A stretch of DNA of 63,600 nt, filler included, from Octopus bimaculoides (taxonomy: Eukaryota), in NCBI RefSeq assembly GCF_001194135.2. It is 4 parts of 3 records of this genome, joined end to end, with 100 filler letters (N's around TTAATTAATTAA, not from the genome) between each part and the next. Parts side by side here need not be neighbours in the genome. Positions count along the whole stretch, not along the records: positions 48,963 to 63,600 come from NC_068981.1; 3 more parts are not named here. One strand, written 5' to 3'. The translations under genes and the position numbers were made by a program. The notes below the pieces were generated by a model that had not been told where the DNA came from, made no database searches, and saw only the letters and a list, made by a program, of their open reading frames with translations. Shown one piece after another: positions 55,700 through 63,600 of this stretch. How positions within the stretch are numbered: position 1 is the stretch's first letter; each line of letters starts with the position of its first letter.

Positions 55700-57350
55700 T
55701 AGTAAGATGATGATGATTTATTCCAGTGTCCTGACAGCATTAAACATGGGGATACATTTGATCTAACCATCCAGTTTACAAATCCACTGAAAGTTGAAAT
55801 GAAAAATATTATCTACCATATTGAAGGATCTGGAGTTCGAAAAGCTTTTGAAATCAGGTAGGAGTTGAATAAATCTGACTGTTGTTAGTCATGTAATTGT
55901 TGTTCTTGCAGTTCTAAAAGATGGAATATACAGTGATTACTGTGTTGTTGGTGCATTGTATTACTTGTTTGCTTAATTTGCTTACCACTATTGCAATCCC
56001 AGTGAAATCAGATAAAGAATTAATAGTTTTTGCTGCTATTATTCTTTGATGTTGTATGATTAACAAAAACCATTTTGATATTTGGTACAAGTATATTGAT
56101 TTATTGCCATTATGTAAACTTGTTTTTTACTTAATGTTGTCAGCAGGCTGTGGTCATGCTTCAGTCCATCAACAAAAAAAAACTGACCTTGATCATTGAA
56201 GTCTTAATTCAGGATATCACTTTGTGAAAAGACCTCGAACTAAGAGTTGCACCTTTTACTACAATCTTCACAACTGAAAGAAGTTAAATTGATAGTGATA
56301 GATCTCACCGTATTTCTCATAGTTGAAATATGAAGCTCAGTTGGGAGTAGCAATTTCTACTGCTGTCTTTGCTATTAGAGGATGCAGTTTAATTGGGATT
56401 GGCATTTTTTTTACTGCAGTTCCCATTGTTGGAAGATGAAAGTTGGTTGGAAATTGTTCTATTCAGTGTACCCTGCTAAGTTGTATTGTATCACATCTTG
56501 CATTCCCAACCAAGGAAATACTTCTTGCATATCCTACTTCATATCATGTTTCCAAGAATATATGGACAATGGCTATTATTTATCATTGATTTGTTTTTCT
56601 AAAAAGTAGCTTCCAGATGCTCTTTGAAGATGTGTAAGTATAATTGATGCTGTTAAGCAGAATTTGAATCTTATCTTCAGGATACAACCCTAAAGCAAAC
56701 AAATTTGGGAAACTATTTATTGCTCATCTTGTAATTTTTTTTTTCTCCCCATAAAGCTGATGTAATCCAAATGAACGACTAAAACTTATATATTTCTGGT
56801 GCAAGATTTTGCCACAATAATATTGTAGGGACTCTTATTCTCAATTTCAGAAACCTGATAAAGGTGGTTTTTTGGATGCCATACTTTATTCAAACTCATA
56901 AAAATGACTGCATAGTACTTGTTTAAAAATGCTGATAAACAGGCTGTTGATGATATTGTGAATGTAGGGTGTGATTTTACTAATTTGGCTATTATTTCTA
57001 GCAAGTCAAACAACTATGTAATTGCTCTCTCTTTGATTCCAGCTGTCATTTAAAGCTTGTATAATAATTTAAGGATGGATTTGTGATTGATTTTAAGAAA
57101 AGCTGAAAATTGCTATTTGTTTATTTGTGTAGGAGTGGCTACTCCTACATGTCAGTTCATATCCTTTACCTGATGTTATTAAACAGACCTGGTCTGTTCT
57201 GTTTGAGTACCTGTTTATAAGAAAAGTAAGGACACCTGATCAAATTCTTGGGTGCAACTCTCATTTCATGGAACATGGATATATTTATTGATTATGCTAT
57301 TGGTCCTCTCTTTTTTAATTCTTTAGTCATTTTATTTGCATATATGATTT
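55700..57350 (-). mobile_element. Very old Gypsy-like pol remnant (RNaseH-integrase)
   Basis: Faint motifs INHKSI, VWHP, VHLDYISFMG, SSSNNG amid many stops. Confidence 0.3.
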
Positions 57351-57613
57351 AAATTCAGAAACCTAAATGAATTGACTGACTATTGGTAGAATCTCATACT
57401 TGTTTCTTTAGCAATGCTACTTTATCACAACATAAGAATGAAAACAATATATGATTTTATTAAGACTCCTAGAAATGAATATCTTAAACATTTAATGATC
57501 TATTGATTAGGATTACTCAAAGGATATGTATATTCTGTCTATTTCATATGTATCTGATACGGATATATGAAAAAGACAACAATACATAATTATTTCTATT
57601 TATTTTTTTTCAG

Positions 57614-57770
57614 AGAGGAAGGCAGTTTACAGCCGGGTGCTGAGACCACAAAAGTTGTGGAGATTTATGCTTATAAGTATGGATCACGAGAAATCATTGT
57701 TACTCTGTCTTCAGACAATTTGGATGACATAAATGGAAGTGTACCGATCCGTGTGAAGTACTCTACTTAG
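57614..57770 (+). CDS. Terminal exon of a probable transglutaminase (C-terminal Ig-like barrel)
   Basis: Acceptor TATTTTTTTTCAG, phase 2, EEGSLQPGAETTKVVEIYAYKYGSREIIVTLSSDNLDDINGSVPIRVKYST*. Fits the Transglut_C pattern G-x-R-x-L/I-I/V-x-x-F/L-x-S-D-x-L-x-x-V/I-x-G. Confidence 0.65.
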
Positions 57771-58246
57771 CAGCAGGCATTCAAGAAGTTTCTTAAAAGA
57801 ATGCATCATCCAACTTTTTTATTTTTTGCACAATACTTTCATTTTCTTTTCTAACAGTGTTGATTTTTTCATCAGTTTTCTCTAGTTTCATAAAAATGTG
57901 TTCCATTTAATAATACTAATTGATTTAATTGATTTATGAGAAGGTAATTTGGGGATTTTAACATTATATTTTTTTTATTAATGTACATCTATTTCTATAT
58001 ATTTGTATGCATGGATTGTATTAAAATTCTGGATGTTTTCCTCGCTAGCAATAGTTTAACTGGGAGTACAAGCTGTTATGCTAGTGAACTACATAAGCAA
58101 GCAGAAATATATTACTTTGTCCAGGGATCAAACAGAATGTAGTAAAATTTTAAATTATCATTATGTGATCTGTAAACTAATGTCTCTTACCTTAATAATC
58201 TTGCAAATATTGTGCCTTATATAACCCAATCATGTGTATGTGTGTG

Positions 58247-58326
<80 letters not shown>

Positions 58327-59345
58327 AGTCACATAGCTAACGGTATAAAGGTATAAAAACAAGTTTATGGTTAAGAAGTTTTGTTTTATAATTTTGTGGT
58401 GCTGGGTTTGAACTCTATGGTTACCTAACATTTAACTGCTAACTTTTTTGAATAAGGAGAGTGAAATAGTGCAGAAGCCTGTAAAATATATATACACACA
58501 CATGCTTACACACACATACACATGTGTGTATGTGTGTGTATAATCATAACATGAAATCAGGAGATATGAGAGATAAATACAGGTTAATTATTTCCATATG
58601 ATTTCCATATGATTGCAGCTGTTTCATAATCTTCCCCATGTTGTTCTATTAATTTCAACATACCGAATTATATACATATTTCCTTTACAAATAGAGCTAT
58701 TATATCTATTTCCATTTTTGGGCTTCTATACATTGTATATAAACAGTGGATTTTGTTTGTGTTGGATCCTGATTAGCTCCATGATGTTTCTGTGTATATG
58801 ATTAGATGAGTTAGTTTTCTTTATTATACATCTCTATGTGAATATGCTATTGTATTATATAATGCTAAATATGCATATAGATGTTAAATGTATGTATATA
58901 ATTTGAAATGTTGAAATAAGTAAAGCTATAAAGGGAAGATTATGAAACAACTGGTATGGAAATCATTTGGAAATAGTTAGTTTGTATTCACCTCTCATAC
59001 CTCATGATTTTATGATTATTATGTACTCCTCATCGAAATATTTACTATTTGTATATCATGGAATTTTGGTTGCATAGACAAGTTAAACTACACCATAGTT
59101 TAATTACTATGGAAACTGATCGGCAGTTCCATGAGGGAGTGCTCACTGGAAGTTCTGCTTTATTCACTGAATCCACTTTTCTTCTTTCTACTTTGTTATT
59201 TTTAATAGGCTGAATTGTAACAATAAAGATTACATATATTCATCTACTGAGTTCTTTTTCTTCTTTTTGCTCTACCAAACTTATATATACATACATGTGT
59301 GCATGTGTGAGTGTGTGTGCATGTGGAAGCTAGAACAGAAGCGTT

Positions 59346-60200
59346 TGCTCATGCAGGGAATAAATAATTGCCCAGTGGAGGAGGGGCAGTGTGAGGCTGA
59401 GGGTGTCGGATATGAGGCTGTAGTGGTATCCAACCATGACAATCAGAGTAATAGCAGCAGCAGCTCATCCAACAACAGTGACAACAACAATGGAGGTGGC
59501 AGTGGTAGCAACACATTAAGTGGAAGAAACACCAGTACTGACAGCAGTGACTGCAGCACCTGCACCAGCGTTACGGCCAGAGATGATGACCATGCCAGCA
59601 TTAGCAGCACCAGTGGAGCTACCAATCACATGCCCAGAATTAAAAATGACAGCAGCTACAACACCAACTGCAACAGCAACACCACTACAGCTGGGGATAA
59701 CTACTGCAACAGCAGCAACTACAGCAATATCGCTGAACCAACATCCTGTAATAACAGCACCAATGACAACACCAACAACAGCAGTGGCAACAACAACAAC
59801 TGTAAACCAGGAGCCGATGGAAGATATACCAGAAGCGAAAACACAACCAACACTCAAGCTCAGAGATACATTGGGTCGACCGGGACTGCCTTTAAGCAGC
59901 GCCTGTATAACCACACGTCCTCTTTTAGGGTTCCAGAAAGACGTTACGTCACGTCCCTGATCAGCCATGTGTGGCACCTTAAGGATGAAGGAAATTATGA
60001 AGTTAAATGAAGGATCATAGAGCAGCTGGGTTCCTATATAAACGGGAGCAGACGATGCAAGCTTTGCAGAGAGGGCAAGGATCCTTAAAAACTTGCTGGA
60101 CTTATGATCTCTCTTAAATTCGAGACACGAGATCTATATTCTTGCCCCCATTTCAAACGCTACCTGCTGCAGGCGTGGAATACTCTGTTCGTCAATTAGG
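59346..60200 (+). mobile_element. Penelope-like GIY-YIG fragment with a long low-complexity insertion
   Basis: CSCR (frameshifted), NCPV...C...GVGYEAVV, ~140 aa S/N/T-rich, RYIGSTGTAFKQRLYNHTSSF...VWHLKD, NGSRRCKLC, CPH. Confidence 0.85.
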
Positions 60201-61186
60201 GCTGTAAAAAGTACTTGCAGACCGGAACCAGTCTAAAGGTGGAATTTCCCTGTTCCCTCTTTAGGTCAATAAGATATTCCAACCTGATAAGTCTAAGGGA
60301 TATAACTCGTGTATCAGAATGTGTACATTATTCCTTTGCTTACAAATTAATTGATCGTAATGGTTTGCTACCTCCAGTTTGAAGACAGGTTATATTTCCA
60401 CGGCCATTGGAGTCTAACGAGTTGTCTATAAAGCTAAGTGCTTTATGGATACAGAACAATTGGTTATTCTATGGCCGAACATATATTTAACTTCATGTAA
60501 ATACACTACTGCTCTAACTTTTAGAATGGGCTTCTTTTTCGGATATATTATCAAGAATAATCAAATCTGTTTAAATATGTTTGTACCAATGTGACAAAAA
60601 ATATCAAATGAAAATATTCATAGTTTCTAAATCTTTACAAAGACGCTATATGAACGAGCTTAATCATAAATAAGTAAATAATCTAACTGAAATTTTGTAA
60701 ATTCATAATTTTAAATGTAGAAGGTTGAAAAGGAACACGCGAGTTGATATGTATAAGGAAAATAAGACAAGGTAGAAAATGCTAAAAAAATTTTATCACG
60801 AAGAACATTTTAGTACCGGTTTGCGACTTTTTCGACTTTGAGTAAAGCATGAAAAACAATTAAACTGTGGAAAAATTAAATGAAATGTTTTTTTAAAATG
60901 TTTCTATAGTTTTCAAATGCAAGGGACATTTTCCTTTTTTGTGTCTGCCTCTGTCTCACTTTTTTATTCATGTGAGTTCTTGGTAGTAGGTAGCAGTTAG
61001 TAGTAGTCCTAATATTTGGTATGAATTCTTGGTTTTGATTGTTTAAGCAGCAGTAGTAGTTGGGAAAGGAGGCGGCAGACTATATATAGTCTATGTGTGA
61101 AGTCTATTATTTTGACAATCAGCTCTATCATATGAAGATTTTTTTGGTGGTATTGGTATGTCTTTCAGTGATGTGTCAATTATTAT

Positions 61187-61468
61187 ATCTATGTCCTAAG
61201 CTGGTCAGGTTGTGGTCACAATTATGTGGGCCAAACGAGCCCTACTTTGAGACGCAGAGTCACGCTGCATAAAAAACAGATTCGTTTCCCTCAGTACAGG
61301 CAGATAGCACTGAGCGGACATATCGACAGATGCGCAAGTAATAAAATGCCGAATTTTGATATCTTCCCATTATACCAATGCAAAGATTCAATCTAATACA
61401 AGAACACCTAAACAAGGAAAACCTGTTCAAACAAAAGTACAGATCACACCTCAATATACAAATTTGAC
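61187..61468 (+). mobile_element. Penelope-like GIY-YIG fragment, different subfamily
   Basis: IYVLSWSGCGHNYVGQT...LRRRVTLHKKQIRFPQYRQIALSGHIDRC...FDIFPLY. Confidence 0.8.
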
Positions 61469-61711
61469 CATTTAAAAAATTATACTAAGGAGCCAGTTGT
61501 CCCCCTTGCCACCTGTTGCTTCTATTGGTTCACTCTCTAGACGCATTCTTCTTATTCTTCAAACATCCAAAATGATATTAAACTATATGAAATGAGGGCA
61601 TTTCTCTTCCACTTTTTATATTTTTTTCTACATATTTTCAACTCATAATTTTGCCATGTGGTGTATACCAAATCTTCAGTATCTTTACACCTTGTATATT
61701 TTTATATTTCT

Positions 61712-61749
<38 letters not shown>

Positions 61750-61752
<3 letters not shown>

Positions 61753-63600
61753 TGTAAATGCAAGAATAAAAACAAAACACAAAGGATTCTGCGGTACACG
61801 TGTTTCAAGCTTTATAGTTGTTACATCAGTGTATAATTGACAGTATAAAGCTATCTTCAGCCGCAAATGTATTCTCTCCCAAGAATTATATCACATAGAC
61901 GTTAAAGGAGGAAGAAAGATGAGATATAAGAGGTGAGGTTCCGTTTGGTATTTTGTATTGTAATATACCTCGTAGAATTCTTAATTTGATATATTTATAC
62001 ATAATTTCCTCGGTACTCCGGAATCCGTCCATACCTTGCCACAGTTCAGTGTGTAGTGAACGCTAAGTAAACAATACTATTTTATATTACTTAGAAGGGT
62101 AGTGTTAAAGGAGGGAATAAGTTGGTGGTTAAAACAATATAACAAAAATGAAATAATAATATAAAATAAAGTAAGGAATATAAAATACTAAGAAGAAAAA
62201 AATAATACACAGATATTCATACAAAATTAAAAATAAAAGGAGTCAAATCGGTGGGGGTGGATAATCTAAGAAACAATAAGAGAAAATCTGGATAGTAAAG
62301 TAAGATACATCTAAGCTATTTAGACGGGTTGGAGAAGGGTGGTGAGGAAAAATCTAAATGTAGAAGAAGAAGATAAAAAGATAAATAGATATAGATACAG
62401 AGATCTTAAAGGTCGTAAGGGATAGATATATATGAGCTGTGTCTGCCTATATCAGTGGTGGGTCGTAAATAAGTAGCGTCAGGCTAGAGTAAACTTGAAA
62501 TATGATATTCTTGTGGTGAGTGGTCAACCTAGGCGAATTACAACTTAAGTATACGAACTTATCTATTATATTGGTACAAACACTTATCTAGATGATGAAG
62601 GGTGAAGGAAGTGGAAAGGGTAATTAGNNNNNNNNNNNNNNNNNNNNNNNNNNNNNNNNNNNNNNNNNNNNNNNNNNNNNNNNNNNNNNNNNNNNNNNNN
62701 NNNNNNNNNNNNNNNNNNNNNNNNNNNNNNNNNNNNNNNNNNNNNNNNNNNNNNNNNNNNNNNNNNNNNNNNNNNNNNNNNNNNNNNNNNNNNNNNNNNN
62801 NNNNNNNNNNNNNNNNNNNNNNNNNNNNNNNNNNNNNNNNNNNNNNNNNNNNNNNNNNNNNNNNNNNNNNNNNNNNNNNNNNNNNNNNNNNNNNNNNNNN
62901 NNNNNNNNNNNNNNNNNNNNNNNNNNNNNNNNNNNNNNNNNNNNNNNNNNNNNNNNNNNNNNNNNNNNNNNNNNNNNNNNNNNNNNNNNNNNNNNNNNNN
63001 NNNNNNNNNNNNNNNNNNNNNNNNNNNNNNNNNNNATAGAATAACAAATAAAATATAAAAAATAACAAATAAAATAAAAAATAAAATATGAAATATAAAA
63101 ATAGTAGAATAAGGAAAATAAAGGTAAAAATTATAAAAAAAGGCCTTGATGAGTGTTATTTCGTGTTATTATTGTGTATTGTAGTGTCATTGGAGTTTCG
63201 AGGCAGTGACTGAGAGGTAGAACTATATCCATAGGTTTGGGATTATGGATCCGGTTTATTAAAAATGTGTGTATATTGTGTGGTCATAATCTAGCTATTC
63301 GAGGGTAAACAAAATTATTAAGGTACATAGTAAGGTTAGGGGTAGAGTACGGGCTTTGTTAATTAGGTGTCTGAGTTGTGGTAGGCAGGATCTAACGTGG
63401 GAGTAGTTAATGAGAGGAGGTGTAGAAGTGCATATAACTAAAAGAGAGGACTTAGGGGTTATAATATCTAAAGGTTTTCATCATTTTATGGATACAGGAG
63501 GGTTTGAAATCTGACCTCTTATTAACTAGCTTGTTCTTATCGGGGAATTTAATAATTTTCAAAAGTTCAAGGGAGCATAACTGGCAACCAGTTCTATTAT
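61750..63600 (-). mobile_element. 3' end of a Penelope-like element (ORF C-terminus 63452-63598 plus presumed 3' repeat region)
   Basis: GCQLCSLELLKII...LVNKRSD...CIH*. Continuity across the N gap is assumed. Confidence 0.65.
61788..61867 (-). ncRNA. Type-I hammerhead ribozyme motif
   Basis: TTTGCGG-CTGAAGA-T-AGCTTTATA...TATAAAGCT-T-GAAA-CACGTGT-A-CCGCAGA: 7-bp stem I, 9-bp stem II, palindromic stem III, GUA site. Confidence 0.75.

Noticed and set aside
59516-59977. Overlapping 146-aa and 153-aa ORFs as dual coding
   Set aside because: Expected from stop-poor CAG/AAC-derived sequence.
60280-60315. CTGATAA...ACTC as a hammerhead after the PLE ORF
   Set aside because: G8 is mutated and GAAA is absent.

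Overview
Eukaryotic draft-assembly DNA, most likely cephalopod/octopus-like (inferred from the SINE families and extreme microsatellite load). It is dominated by simple repeats, N gaps and transposon fossils: tRNA-derived SINEs, RTE, R4/Dong, L1-Tx1, a CR1/Jockey-like 3' end, Penelope-like elements (PLEs), hAT, mariner/maT and an old Gypsy-like remnant. I recognise only two host coding exons, both terminal and pointing away from each other: the last exon of FAHD2 (minus, 44828-44890) and the last exon of a probable transglutaminase (plus, 57614-57770). Their upstream exons are not visible and are probably lost at an artificial 100-bp contig join; there are three such joins. The most striking signal is a dispersed set of eight clear plus one weak type-I hammerhead-ribozyme-like motifs from several PLE-associated families. 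Three have intact cores and cleavable triplets (61788-61867, 24648-24709, 38872-38907), and one of these is embedded in a 62-bp inverted duplication. There is also a Penelope GIY-YIG domain split by a ~140-aa low-complexity insertion, microsatellite-adjacent Tx1 and Dong insertions, and a CpG-depleted domain around the two genes. All translations, alignments and counts were done by eye; family names come from recalled motifs, not database searches.
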